Part shown: in pieces, positions 40,223 through 50,273 of the stretch | Layout: every line of letters starts with the position of its first letter | How positions within the stretch are numbered: position 1 is the stretch's first letter | Source of the DNA: Bacteroidales bacterium UBA5762 | GTDB taxonomy: Bacteria; Bacteroidota; Bacteroidia; Bacteroidales; TTA-H9 | Reading direction: 5' to 3' | Length of the DNA: 64,000 nt | NCBI GenBank assembly: GCA_002418865.1 | Contig: DIEY01000098.1 | Span: forward strand, 3,421 to 67,420 | Notes under the pieces: model-generated | Told to the model about the DNA's origin: nothing | Database searches by the model: none | Seen by the model: only the letters and a program-made list of their open reading frames with translations | Position numbers and translations under genes: made by a program

Positions 40223-41568
40223 TAAAAATTATCGAACATCAATGGCATTCCCTTTTTGCTTTCGTCGAACCATCCTTCTTGGTAAATCAGGTGGCCATTC
40301 ACCCAAGTATGAGTGACCCTTGAGGAGAAATGAGTTCCTTCCATGGGTGACCAGCCGCATTTATACAAAATATTACTTGAATTTACTTCCCATGCCTTAT
40401 GAGGGTCAATGAGGACGAGATCGGCAAAATAACCCTCGCGTATAAAACCTCTTTTTTCAATATGGAAGAGTAAAGCCGGGGCATGACACATTTTTTCTAC
40501 AATTCGGGTAAGCTCAACCCCATGTTGAAATGCCATTTCGAACATAGCAGAAAGGCTGTGTTGCACCATGGGCGCTCCAGAAGGGCAACTTAGATAAGGA
40601 TTCTGTTTTTCTTGAAGAGTATGAGGGGAATGATCAGTAGCTATTGTATCGATGCGGTTGTCGAGTAAGGCTTCCCATAATGCTTGCTTATCAGTAGAAG
40701 TTTTTATCGAAGGATTCCACTTGATCTTTTTCCCTTTTATTTTATAGTCGAAATCGGAGAACCAAAGATGATGTAGACATACTTCGGAAGTAATTCGTTT
40801 TTGATTTATGGGCAGAGTGTTTGTAAAAAGGTTTGTTTCATCGGCAGTAGAAAGGTGGAGGATATGTAGGCGGCTACTGAATTCCTTGGCTAGTGCAATG
40901 GCTTGTTGAGTGCTTTCTAAGCAAGCCTCTGCCGAGCGGATAGAAGAATGACATTCTATGGGAATATCGTTTCCATAAATAGATTGATAATAGGCGAGGT
41001 TTCTCTGGATAAGTTCTTCGTTTTCACAATGGGCAACAATAAGGCATGGGGCCTTTGAGAAGATGTTGATGAGGCTTTTGTCATCATCTACCAGCATATT
41101 TCCCGTAGATGCGCCCATAAAAACTTTTACACCAGGAATCTTTTTTGGGTCAATTTTAAGAATCTCATCCAGATTATCATTTGTAGCTCCCAAATAAAAG
41201 GCATAATTGGCGAGTGAGGTTTCTGATGCTCGCTTGATTTTCCATTGAAGGGCTTCTAAATTGGTGGTTTGAGGAATAGTATTGGGCATATCCATGAAAG
41301 ATGTAATTCCTCCGGCCACTGCTGCCCTTGATTCGGAATAGATATCGGCTTTATGCGTAAGTCCAGGTTCTCTAAAATGCACATGTTCGTCAATTACACC
41401 AGGAAGAAGGTATTTTCCCTGAGCTTCGACTACTCTGGCTTGACCAGCGTAAGCGCCTGAGTTTATAATTGCTTCAATATATTGCCCTTCAATAAGAATA
41501 TCCTTTTCCTGAATATTCCCCTCGTTTATAATCTTCGCACCTGTAATCAACGTTTTTTGCATTTTCAT
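40222..41568 (-). CDS. pyrC: dihydroorotase (long, allantoinase-like class)
   Basis: LLPGVIDEHVHFREPG (HxH metal site) and an amidohydrolase fold over 448 aa, in a pyrimidine-biosynthesis context (pyrF upstream). Confidence 0.8.
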   Translation of the reverse strand: MKMQKTLITGAKIINEGNIQEKDILIEGQYIEAIINSGAYAGQARVVEAQGKYLLPGVIDEHVHFREPGLTHKADIYSESRAAVAGGITSFMDMPNTIPQTTNLEALQWKIKRASETSLANYAFYLGATNDNLDEILKIDPKKIPGVKVFMGASTGNMLVDDDKSLINIFSKAPCLIVAHCENEELIQRNLAYYQSIYGNDIPIECHSSIRSAEACLESTQQAIALAKEFSSRLHILHLSTADETNLFTNTLPINQKRITSEVCLHHLWFSDFDYKIKGKKIKWNPSIKTSTDKQALWEALLDNRIDTIATDHSPHTLQEKQNPYLSCPSGAPMVQHSLSAMFEMAFQHGVELTRIVEKMCHAPALLFHIEKRGFIREGYFADLVLIDPHKAWEVNSSNILYKCGWSPMEGTHFSSRVTHTWVNGHLIYQEGWFDESKKGMPLMFDNF

Positions 41569-41610
41569 TAAGATTTCCGTTGAAAGAAGGTTTTAAAAAG
41601 AGGAAGGAAA

Positions 41611-42366
41611 TTATTCCTTAGGTTTACTGGGTAAAATCTTTTTAAATCGAAGTTTAATGACTCCTAAGGCAGCTTCTTTAAAAATTCCTCTGCTCATTTT
41701 CGATTCTCCAGCTGTTCGATCCGTAAAGATGATAGGAATTTCTACAATTTTAAATCCTAGTTTCCATGCTGAATATTTCATTTCAATCTGAAAAGCATAG
41801 CCCGTAAATTTAATTTGGTCGAGATTAATGGTTTGCAGCACATTGCGGCGATAACAAATAAATCCGGCCGTAGTGTCGTGGACTTTTATTCCCGTGATGA
41901 ATCTTACATATTTAGAAGCAAGATATGACATTAAGATCCTTTCAATAGGCCAGTTAACAACATTTACACCAGTAATATATCTGGAACCTATAGCGAGGTC
42001 GGCGCCGTTTTGGGCAACTGCTTGTCGTAAGCGGATCAGGTCGTTGGGATTGTGTGAAAAGTCGGCATCCATCTCGAAGATATACTGGTAATTACGTTGA
42101 AGTGCCCATTTAAAACCATGAATATAAGCAGTACCTAATCCTTGTTTTCCGCTTCTTTCTTCTATAAAAAGCCGTTGTGGAAATTCCTTCATCAGCTCTT
42201 TAACAATCTTGCCCGTACCATCGGGTGAATTATCTTCTACAATCAGAACATCGAAAGCAGGCTCCAGTGAAAATACCTTGCGAATAATACGCTCGATATT
42301 ATCTTTTTCGTTGTAAGTAGGTATGATTACCAGGCTATCGGTCACTTGATTGAAATTATGAGGCAA
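41611..42366 (-). CDS. GT2 polyprenol-phosphate mannosyl/glycosyltransferase (Dpm1-like)
   Basis: VIIPTYNEKDNI, VEDNSPDGTG and EMDADFSH (DxD) motifs. The ORF-track start is TTG. A GTG at 42345 (MTDSLVIIPTYNE) is an alternative start. Confidence 0.8.
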   Translation of the reverse strand: MPHNFNQVTDSLVIIPTYNEKDNIERIIRKVFSLEPAFDVLIVEDNSPDGTGKIVKELMKEFPQRLFIEERSGKQGLGTAYIHGFKWALQRNYQYIFEMDADFSHNPNDLIRLRQAVAQNGADLAIGSRYITGVNVVNWPIERILMSYLASKYVRFITGIKVHDTTAGFICYRRNVLQTINLDQIKFTGYAFQIEMKYSAWKLGFKIVEIPIIFTDRTAGESKMSRGIFKEAALGVIKLRFKKILPSKPKE

Positions 42367-42530
42367 AAATATGGAAAATCTGAATATTTTTCTTCGTATA
42401 TGCCAAGAGAATAATTTTCATTCGTATTACTCACAAAAATCGAATCATGAAATATTATTTTGATTTTTGGGTTCGTGATTTTTTTATAGTACAGATTGTA
42501 TGAATATTAATGTAAATCAATAAGAGGTCA

Positions 42531-43361
42531 TTAAAGGAAGGCTGCTATTTGTTGTTGAAGCGTGTGAGCCGCTTCGGCTGCGCGAGTCGAAAAATCATTT
42601 CCCTGGCTAGCAAATATAACACTGCGGGATGCATTTATCAAAAGACCTCCATCGCGGTTCAGTCCATATTTTAATACTTCTTCCAAACTACCTCCTTGAG
42701 CGCCTATACCGGGGACCAATAAAAAGTGATCTGGTACCATTTTTCTAATTTCTAGGATCAAGGATGCTTGTGTTGCACCCACTACATACATCATATTCGA
42801 AGGTGAGGAGCCCCATTGGAGTGATTTTTTAATGATGATTTCGAAGAGTCGCTCTTTCGATCCCTCTATCTGAAGATGTTGAAAATCAACCGCTCCCTTA
42901 TTGCTTGTCAGCGTCAACAGAATCACCCATTTCCCACCGAATTCCATAAAAGGCGAAACTGAATCTATACCCATGTAAGGACTAACAGTAATTGCATCGA
43001 AATCGAAGCAGGAGCTTTGCTTGTCGAAAAATGCCTTGGCATATTGCTGACTTGTGTTTCCAATATCACCTCGTTTAGCATCCGCTATTGTAAATATCTC
43101 GTCTCTGAAAGATTCCAGATAATCCATTGTTTTTTTCAGACTAATCCATCCGGCCAGTCCACGGCTTTCATAAAAGGCGAGATTGGGCTTATAAGCAATT
43201 GTGTAAGGAAGGGTCGCATCAATGATGGCTTTATTAAATTCGAAAACAGGATCTTCATGTGAAAGAAGCTGAGAGGGTATTTTCGTAATGTCGCTGTCGA
43301 GGCCGACGCAAAGCATGGATTTTTTATGTTGAATAAGACTCACAAGTTGTTGTCTGTTCAT
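42531..43361 (-). CDS. pyrF: orotidine-5'-phosphate decarboxylase (type 2)
   Basis: LCVGLDSD, IADAKRGDIGNT and LLVPGIGAQGG motifs. Confidence 0.9.
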   Translation of the reverse strand: MNRQQLVSLIQHKKSMLCVGLDSDITKIPSQLLSHEDPVFEFNKAIIDATLPYTIAYKPNLAFYESRGLAGWISLKKTMDYLESFRDEIFTIADAKRGDIGNTSQQYAKAFFDKQSSCFDFDAITVSPYMGIDSVSPFMEFGGKWVILLTLTSNKGAVDFQHLQIEGSKERLFEIIIKKSLQWGSSPSNMMYVVGATQASLILEIRKMVPDHFLLVPGIGAQGGSLEEVLKYGLNRDGGLLINASRSVIFASQGNDFSTRAAEAAHTLQQQIAAFL

Positions 43362-43368
43362 AATAATT

Positions 43369-44442
43369 TTATTCTGAGATTTCAGCTTTCAATCGTTCAG
43401 CATTTTCGGCCAGCATCAATTGATCGATCATTTCCTGTATTTCTCCATTCATAAAGGCTGGAAGATTATAAATGGAATAATTGATTCTATGGTCGGTAAC
43501 ACGTCCTTGAGGATAGTTGTAAGTGCGAATTTTTGCAGAGCGGTCTCCAGTAGAAACCATAGTTTTTCGTTTGGAAGCCACTTCATCGAGATATTTTTGA
43601 TATTCTCTTTCATAGATTCTTGTTCGAAGTATATTCATGGCTTTTTCAAGATTTTGCAGCTGTGATTTTTCGTCTTGCATTGAAACTACAATGCCTGTAG
43701 GAATGTGAGTTAAACGCACAGCCGAGTAGGTTGTGTTCACGCTTTGTCCACCAGGCCCAGAAGAACAAAAAACATCCTTGCGTATATCGGAAGGTTTTAT
43801 TTCTACATCTAATTCATCAGCCTCGGGCAAAACAACAACACTAGCAGCCGAGGTATGTATTCTACCTTGTGCTTCGGTTTTAGGCACACGTTGCACTCTG
43901 TGAACTCCCGACTCATATTTCAAGGTTCCGTAAACGTCTTCTCCTGTTACATTGAAAATTATTTCCTTATATCCACCGAGACTACCTTCAGTAAAATCTA
44001 CTATTTCCACTTTCCAGCCCTTGATTTCGCAATAGCGGGTGTACATTCTAAAAAGATCGCCCGCAAACAAAGAGGCTTCATCACCTCCAGTGCCTGCCCT
44101 AATTTCTATAATGGCATTCTTGCTATCCTGAGGATCTTTTGGAAGCAGTATCAAGCGAATTTGTTCTTCCAACTGTTCTTTACGTTGTTGCAATACCTCT
44201 ACCTCATCCTTGGCCATTTCACGTAATTCCTCGTCTTTTTCGGTACTCAGCATTTCCTTAGAGCTTTCGAGATTTGCACTAATCTTTTCGTATTCTTTAT
44301 AGGCTTCAACTATAGGTGTCAATTCCTTATAGTCTTTACTAAGCTTTACATACCGCTTCATGTCGGAGATAACTTCGGGCTGATTCATTGTTTCTCCAAT
44401 CTCGAGCCAGCGTTTATAAATAGCTTCTAATTTATCGATCAT
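43369..44442 (-). CDS. prfA: peptide chain release factor 1
   Basis: PxT-type recognition loop (RVPKTE), GGQ (SSGPGGQSVNT), and RF-1 length. Start set to the ATG at 44442 (MIDKLEAIYKRW); the ORF-track start is TTG. Confidence 0.95.
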   Translation of the reverse strand: MIDKLEAIYKRWLEIGETMNQPEVISDMKRYVKLSKDYKELTPIVEAYKEYEKISANLESSKEMLSTEKDEELREMAKDEVEVLQQRKEQLEEQIRLILLPKDPQDSKNAIIEIRAGTGGDEASLFAGDLFRMYTRYCEIKGWKVEIVDFTEGSLGGYKEIIFNVTGEDVYGTLKYESGVHRVQRVPKTEAQGRIHTSAASVVVLPEADELDVEIKPSDIRKDVFCSSGPGGQSVNTTYSAVRLTHIPTGIVVSMQDEKSQLQNLEKAMNILRTRIYEREYQKYLDEVASKRKTMVSTGDRSAKIRTYNYPQGRVTDHRINYSIYNLPAFMNGEIQEMIDQLMLAENAERLKAEISE

Positions 44443-44528
44443 TCCATGGAATATTTGCAAAAAAGTTTGCAAAATTACAGAACTTCCTCCAGTATATTAG
44501 ATAGAATTACAAAAAACAGAGAATATCC

Positions 44529-45257
44529 TTATGCCAAGGATGATGGTTTGAGGCAACGTAAATACATTTGGATAGTATTTTCGAGGCCATAATAGAGTGC
44601 ATCACAAATCAGTGCATGACCAATAGAAACCTCGAGAAGACCTGGAATATTGTTGGCAAAGTACTTTAGGTTCTGAAGATTGAGATCATGGCCGGCATTG
44701 ATGCCTAAATTACAACTCAAGGCTACATTTGCCGCTTCAATATAAGGCAGAATGGCTTTTGGGGAATCCACTGGATACATCGCGGCATAGCGTTCGGTGT
44801 AAAGTTCGATGCGATCAGTGCCAATCTTAGCGGCATTTTCTATCATGTGTGTATCGGTTTCGATAAAAATAGAAGTGCGAATTCCATGATTTTTCAATTC
44901 AGTAACCACTTCCGTGAGGAAGGATTCGTTTTTTATTGTATCCCATCCGGCATTAGAGGTAAGCGCATTGGGTGCGTCAGGAACAAGAGTTACCTGAGCC
45001 GGGTTGACCTCAAGAACTAAATCTAGAAATCTTGGAATAGGATACCCTTCGATATTGAACTCAGTAGTAAGAATTGGTTTTATGGCTCTAACGTCAGCAT
45101 AACGAATGTGCCTTTCATCGGGCCGAGGATGTACGGTAATTCCTTGTGCACCAAAATGTTCACAATCTATAGCAGCTTTTACTACATCCGGAAGATTGCC
45201 TCCACGTGCATTTCTTAGAAGGGCAATTTTATTGATGTTTACGCTTAATTTCGTCAT
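44529..45257 (-). CDS. pdxJ: pyridoxine 5'-phosphate synthase
   Basis: [30 protein letters not shown] and EVSIGHALI motifs. Confidence 0.95.
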   Translation of the reverse strand: MTKLSVNINKIALLRNARGGNLPDVVKAAIDCEHFGAQGITVHPRPDERHIRYADVRAIKPILTTEFNIEGYPIPRFLDLVLEVNPAQVTLVPDAPNALTSNAGWDTIKNESFLTEVVTELKNHGIRTSIFIETDTHMIENAAKIGTDRIELYTERYAAMYPVDSPKAILPYIEAANVALSCNLGINAGHDLNLQNLKYFANNIPGLLEVSIGHALICDALYYGLENTIQMYLRCLKPSSLA

Positions 45258-45348
45258 TTCGATGAACTATGTATTTATTTTACAAAAATACTGTTTATCA
45301 CACTATACAAAACATCATAAAAACGATAGATTTTTATATCAGTTCTAT

Positions 45349-45422
45349 CCCAAAAATTTAACCTTATTGCTTATTTTTGGCTTAATAAAATTTGTTGCAA
45401 GCCAATAAGACAATAAGGTTAA
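45349..45422 (-). terminator. long imperfect hairpin plus T-tract downstream of the His-rich protein gene
   Basis: The outer stem AACCTTATTG/CAATAAGGTT (45360-69 and 45411-20) extends by 2 bp. The inner stem CTTATT(TTT)GGCTT/AAGCCAATAAG has a bulge. On the minus strand it is followed by ATTTTTGGG. Confidence 0.55.
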
Positions 45423-45508
45423 TCGAGAATTTGAAGCTAAAAGTTTTCTATAGAAGCTCTGCCTCAATAAAAGAGTTTAAGATAATTTTTGTTCTGAAAG
45501 CGATAGAG

Positions 45509-46594
45509 TTATTCTGAGATCTTTTTTTGCAGTACTTTTTTCCCTTGTTGAATTTTTAAATAATACACTGGTTGCGATGTGAGGGTTAGGATTCTATCAT
45601 AATTGCCGGAGAATTTCTTCAAGATTTCATGATGAAGCAGGATGCCTTGTTCGTCGAATAATAAGACTTCCAAGTCATCAGACAGCTCTGTAGTGAAGCG
45701 GATATGTATTTTATCTGGGCCAGATCTTTTTATGATAAGTCTGTCGAGACCTAAAGGTTCTTTGGCTTGGGATGGTTTCATTGCAGAATGGGAAAGTTTT
45801 TTTAAATCTTCGGCGTTCAAATCCGTTATGTTTAAAGTTTTGGATTTCGGCCCCATTTCTGAATATCTCCGACTTTGCGCTGTTTGGCGAGATGAGTGTA
45901 TATTGGCTCTTTGGCGGATGCGATTCCATACAATACTGTCACCCGTCCTTTCCCCATTTTTGAAAATAATAAGGGTATCAATTCGACCATTTGGAGTTGC
46001 TCTGCGAATACATTGGATTTCCTTGGTCAGGGTATCGTCTTTTACGAAAATCTTTCTAATGATCTTAACAGATTTGCCAGTAGTATCCATAATTATGGAA
46101 TCGTCAATGAAAGTTCCGAATGGGCAGCCTTCCTGAAAATGGTGAAAGCCATAAGAATGTGAATCAGGCAAATGATGCTCCCTCAACTTATGGCCCATAT
46201 AGCCATGATGAGGAAATTCGGGCATTTGCCGAATGGCTTTTTCCAATTGATGCATTGCCATTTCGAGATGTCGCCTGGCTTCTACAAGATTTTTAGAAAT
46301 GTGGGGATTTCTTTTTTGCATAAAATCTCTAAAATGAGGTGGATATTCTTCCATCATCTCATCATCCCATTCTTCTGGTGGAAAAAGCATGTACAAATCT
46401 TCTAATTCATTCATGATTTCTTTCCAGTTTGTCTCATCTGGAATAGATTGAAATTCTTGTGAAGGATACTGATTATTGGGTTGAGCAGAGGACGGTGGCT
46501 GATTCTGTCCTAAAACCTGAGAATTAATGCCTAATATTAAGCTTAATAGAAAAGGGAGCATTAGGCAATGTAAAGTACTAACTAAAGATTTCAT
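45509..46594 (-). CDS. secreted histidine-rich protein with a T9SS-CTD-like C-terminus, unknown function
   Basis: Signal peptide (LMLPFLLSLILGINSQVLGQ). 14 His in residues ~87-152 (PHFRDF...RRHLEMAMHQ...EFPHHGYMGHKLREHHLPDSHSYGFHHF). The C-terminal ~80 aa have a beta-sandwich-like pattern (KIHIRFTTELSDDLEVLLFDEQG...YYLKIQQGKKVLQKKI). Confidence 0.6.
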   Translation of the reverse strand: MKSLVSTLHCLMLPFLLSLILGINSQVLGQNQPPSSAQPNNQYPSQEFQSIPDETNWKEIMNELEDLYMLFPPEEWDDEMMEEYPPHFRDFMQKRNPHISKNLVEARRHLEMAMHQLEKAIRQMPEFPHHGYMGHKLREHHLPDSHSYGFHHFQEGCPFGTFIDDSIIMDTTGKSVKIIRKIFVKDDTLTKEIQCIRRATPNGRIDTLIIFKNGERTGDSIVWNRIRQRANIHSSRQTAQSRRYSEMGPKSKTLNITDLNAEDLKKLSHSAMKPSQAKEPLGLDRLIIKRSGPDKIHIRFTTELSDDLEVLLFDEQGILLHHEILKKFSGNYDRILTLTSQPVYYLKIQQGKKVLQKKISE

Positions 46595-46623
46595 AACTTT
46601 TTTGTATTTGATTTTTGAATAGA

Positions 46624-46631
46624 CAAAATTA
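46624..46631 (-). promoter_or_regulatory. -7 promoter box (TAATTTTG on the minus strand)
   Basis: The reverse complement of CAAAATTA, 30 nt upstream of the ATG at 46594. Confidence 0.4.
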
Positions 46632-46653
46632 ATAAGCTATTCATAATCAAAAT

Positions 46654-46690
46654 GTTAAATGCGGTTAAAGTTTGTTAATGAAAGGTTAAA
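46654..46690. promoter_or_regulatory. four direct GTTAA(A/T) repeats at 10-10-11 nt spacing (candidate response-regulator binding array)
   Basis: GTTAAA at 46654, GTTAAA at 46664, GTTAAT at 46674 and GTTAAA at 46685, lying between the two divergent -7 boxes. Confidence 0.45.
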
Positions 46691-46717
46691 ATGATTACCT
46701 AGGCGGGTAAATCAATT

Positions 46718-46725
46718 TAATTTTG
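46718..46725 (+). promoter_or_regulatory. -7 promoter box (TAATTTTG) abutting the start codon
   Basis: Exact match ending 4 nt before the ATG at 46730, which predicts a leaderless mRNA for the kinase operon. Confidence 0.4.
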
Positions 46726-46729
46726 CATT

Positions 46730-48532
46730 ATGAATAAATCGGTTATACGTATTGTGATTATTTTGAGTGGTATTTCACTGGTAAGTTTAGTGATATTGCA
46801 ATTTGTATGGTTTAAGAATATGTTGCAAATGCGTGAAAACGAGTTTGATAGGGATGTGATGGCAGCTATTACAGAAACAGCACGGCGTCTTGAACGCGAT
46901 CAAACCATGTTTTTTGTTTCGAACAGGCTGAGAATGCAAGCTCTCACGGATACGATTCTTGCTTCGACAGCGCAAAAAAGCCATAGGGCTATAATAGAAA
47001 AAAGTAGCCAAAGTAGAAACGCAAGATTTAGCGACAGCATACCTACAAGGCCTGTTGTTACTATAAAACGTCGTCAGAAGATAGTTCAAAATAATGGCGA
47101 CAAGGAAATAGTTGTTAAGCACGAGAACAGATTGGATACTCTGTCTTCAATGAACATGTCAATTTTTTTCGGTTCTTCAATGGATGCAATTTTACCTTTG
47201 CCCCAATTTCCTCCTGATGAATATTACGATGCAATTATTCGGCGTCAAGAAAAATTTTTCAGACAACATTTCCGAATGATGCAAGAGTTCGATTCTGCCT
47301 TTATGGGGTATGAAGAGAAAATATTTCCCAATCGTCCTAGGCCTCGACCTCAGAGGCTTAATCCAGACCTTGAATTTCAGCAGCAAGTTGAAGAACTACA
47401 GGCGCAAACCGATTTACTGAGCGATGCACTTGATCGACTGATTTTCGAAATAAAACAACTCGATATACCTGCCCGTGAACGGCTCAATGTGCCAGCTTCG
47501 TATGAGATTTTAAAACAAGAACTAAAAAATAGAAGTATTGATCTGCCTTTTGAATATGCCATCTTCGATGAGGGAAGGGATACACTTGCACAAAGCCCTC
47601 GTTTTAATCCTACTTCTAATACCAAAATTTATGAGGCCAATCTTTTATCCGATCGTTTTTTCCAATCGGCCGATCATATAGCTTTGTATTTTCCCGATCG
47701 TAACACCCATTTGCTGAGTTCTATGCTCTGGATTATCACGGGATCGGCATTTTTTACCTTAATTTTAGTTGCCACCTTTATTATAAGTATTTTGGTGATA
47801 CTTCGTCAGAAAAAAATTTCCGATGTCAAATCGGATTTCATCAATAACATGACGCATGAGTTTAAAACCCCTATTGCTACAATTTCTTTGGCCGCAGATA
47901 GTCTTGTCAATGCACGTATTATTAATGATCCCGAGAAGATTCATTATTTTACCCGTGTAATTAAGGAGGAAAGTAAAAGGATGAACACACAAGTGGAAAG
48001 CGTGCTGCAAATGGCACTCTTGGATAAAAAAGATTTTTCGCTTCAATTGCAACCTATGGATGCCCACGACTTGATAGCTCAGGCAGTGCAAAATATCTCC
48101 ATACAGATTCACAAAAGAGAAGGTGAGATTCAAATGGATTTGCAAGCCACAAATCCCATAGTCGAAGTGGATGAGGTTCATTTTTTAAATGTGCTATTTA
48201 ACCTTTTGGATAATGCTAATAAATATTCTCCTCAATCTCCTCAAATTGTGGTAAGTACTTGGAATAACCATCATTCTTTATTTATCTCGGTTAAAGATCA
48301 TGGAATGGGGATGGATAGGGAAACCCGCAATCGTGCCTTCGAAAAATTCTTTCGGAAATCTACTGGAAACATTCATAACGTGAAAGGTTTTGGGTTGGGT
48401 TTGAGCTATGTAAAAGCAATCGTAATGGCTTGCGGAGGGAATATCCGTATAGAAAGTGAGCCTGAAAAAGGAAGCGAATTTATTATTGAACTGCCGCAAA
48501 TTAACCACAATGATGAATCAGCAAACAATTAA
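46730..48532 (+). CDS. sensor histidine kinase with a large extracytoplasmic domain
   Basis: TM1 (residues ~8-28), about 300 aa of periplasmic region, then TM2. H-box FINNMTHEFKTPIATI, N-box LLDNANKYS, G-boxes DHGMGM and GFGLGLSYVK. Confidence 0.9.
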   Translation: MNKSVIRIVIILSGISLVSLVILQFVWFKNMLQMRENEFDRDVMAAITETARRLERDQTMFFVSNRLRMQALTDTILASTAQKSHRAIIEKSSQSRNARFSDSIPTRPVVTIKRRQKIVQNNGDKEIVVKHENRLDTLSSMNMSIFFGSSMDAILPLPQFPPDEYYDAIIRRQEKFFRQHFRMMQEFDSAFMGYEEKIFPNRPRPRPQRLNPDLEFQQQVEELQAQTDLLSDALDRLIFEIKQLDIPARERLNVPASYEILKQELKNRSIDLPFEYAIFDEGRDTLAQSPRFNPTSNTKIYEANLLSDRFFQSADHIALYFPDRNTHLLSSMLWIITGSAFFTLILVATFIISILVILRQKKISDVKSDFINNMTHEFKTPIATISLAADSLVNARIINDPEKIHYFTRVIKEESKRMNTQVESVLQMALLDKKDFSLQLQPMDAHDLIAQAVQNISIQIHKREGEIQMDLQATNPIVEVDEVHFLNVLFNLLDNANKYSPQSPQIVVSTWNNHHSLFISVKDHGMGMDRETRNRAFEKFFRKSTGNIHNVKGFGLGLSYVKAIVMACGGNIRIESEPEKGSEFIIELPQINHNDESANN

Positions 48533-49214
48533 AATATTTCTGGTTGAGGACGATCTTAATTTTGGAGCCATCTTGCAATCATACCTCGAACTCAACGATT
48601 ATGAAGTAATATGGGTAAACGATGGCAAAGATGCCATGACGGCTTTTTATCAAGGAAAATTCGACATTTGTATTCTCGACGTCATGCTACCCAATGTTGA
48701 TGGTTTTAGCATCGCAAAAGAAATCAAACATTTTCAGCCCGACATTCCCCTTATCTTTCTTACTGCAAAAACACTTAAAAATGATGTTTTGGAAGGGTTT
48801 AAATTGGGAGCCGACGATTACATTACAAAACCTTTCGATAGCGATGTGTTGCTTTATAAGATCAAAGCCATATTGAAACGGCATGGTCAACTTTCTCACA
48901 AGGAAGAACAAAGAGAATTCAAAATTGGGGAATATCGCTTCGATGCATTTCTGCGCATTATTACTCATCATGATGAAAGCCGCAAGATCAGTCCCAAAGA
49001 AGCCGAGCTCCTCAAGATGCTCTGTATAAACATGAACGATATTGTGCCTCGTGAGCTTGCCTTAAAAACCATTTGGGGAGATGACAATTATTTTACTACT
49101 CGAAGTATGGATGTGTTTATTACGAAATTACGAAAATATCTCAGTAAAGACCCCAATGTAGAGATAGAAAATATACATGGAACAGGATACAGGCTTTTAC
49201 TGAAAAACTCTTAA
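48510..49214 (+). CDS. OmpR/PhoB-family response regulator
   Basis: Receiver domain (KIFLVEDD, ILDVMLPNVDG, LTAK) plus a winged-helix domain (...FITKLRKYL...IENIHGTGYRL). Start set to the ATG at 48510, which overlaps the kinase 3' end by 23 nt. Confidence 0.9.
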   Translation: MMNQQTIKIFLVEDDLNFGAILQSYLELNDYEVIWVNDGKDAMTAFYQGKFDICILDVMLPNVDGFSIAKEIKHFQPDIPLIFLTAKTLKNDVLEGFKLGADDYITKPFDSDVLLYKIKAILKRHGQLSHKEEQREFKIGEYRFDAFLRIITHHDESRKISPKEAELLKMLCINMNDIVPRELALKTIWGDDNYFTTRSMDVFITKLRKYLSKDPNVEIENIHGTGYRLLLKNS

Positions 49215-49276
49215 AACCCGAAAAACTCGAACCTTACTTGATAAATCTTCGAAATTCCCTGAAAGAAAAATCGAAT

Positions 49277-50242
49277 CTATTTTGGTGTATGTATTCTTTT
49301 GTAGTTGGTAAGAAATTGAAGAACATTCCTCTTAATTCTTTCTTCTACATTTTCAAGTGGAGATTTAATGAATTTTTCTCCTGTAATTTTTTCATAAAGC
49401 TCGATATACCTTTCTGATACACTATTTACGAAATCATCATCCATAATAGGAATTTGTTGTCCAGGTTGGCCCATGAAGCCTCTTTCCATAAGCCATTCTC
49501 TCACAAATTCTTTCGAAAGTTGTAGCTGAGGCTGACCTTTAGAAAAACGTTCTTCGTAACCTTCAGCATAGAAATAACGAGATGAATCGGGAGTATGAAC
49601 CTCGTCGATGAGATAGATTTCACCATCTTTATTGCCAAATTCATATTTTGTATCCACTAGAATAAGTCCTTTTTGGGCAGCCATCATCGAACCCCTTTCG
49701 AAAAGGAGGCGTGTATATTCTTCAATCTGTATATAATCTTCTTCGGGTATTAATCCATTTTGGATGATTTCGTCGCGGGAGATATCCATATCGTGTCCTT
49801 CGGTGGCTTTAGTAGTGGGAGTTATGATGGGTTGTGGAAATCGTTGATGTTCTTTCATGCCTTCGGGCAGAGGAACTCCGCAAATTTGTCGGGCTCCTTT
49901 TTGATAAGCTCTCCATGAGCTACCAGTTAAATAAGCCCTGATGATCATTTCCACAGGATAAGGTTTGCATAAGTAACCCGTAGTAGCCATGGGATCTGGA
50001 GTGTTGATCTTCCAATTGGGAACAATGTCGGATGTGGCATCCAAAAAGTAAGAGGCGATTTGGTTTAAAACCTGTCCCTTGTAAGGTATGGCTCTTGGCA
50101 AAACGACGTCGAAAGCCGAAATCCTGTCGGTTGCTATCATTACCAGAAGGTCATCTACAAAATAGACATCGCGTACTTTGCCATGATATACTTTTGTTTG
50201 TCCGGGGAATTGGTAATTGGTTTCAAGAACTGCGTTATACAT
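49277..50242 (-). CDS. purC: phosphoribosylaminoimidazole-succinocarboxamide synthase
   Basis: [27 protein letters not shown] and [10 protein letters not shown] motifs of long-form SAICAR synthetase. Start set to M26 of the ORF (ATG at 50242), which removes the overlap with phoH. Confidence 0.9.
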   Translation of the reverse strand: MYNAVLETNYQFPGQTKVYHGKVRDVYFVDDLLVMIATDRISAFDVVLPRAIPYKGQVLNQIASYFLDATSDIVPNWKINTPDPMATTGYLCKPYPVEMIIRAYLTGSSWRAYQKGARQICGVPLPEGMKEHQRFPQPIITPTTKATEGHDMDISRDEIIQNGLIPEEDYIQIEEYTRLLFERGSMMAAQKGLILVDTKYEFGNKDGEIYLIDEVHTPDSSRYFYAEGYEERFSKGQPQLQLSKEFVREWLMERGFMGQPGQQIPIMDDDFVNSVSERYIELYEKITGEKFIKSPLENVEERIKRNVLQFLTNYKRIHTPK

Positions 50243-50273
50243 AGATATTGTAAGGTATCTTAATGAATTAAAT

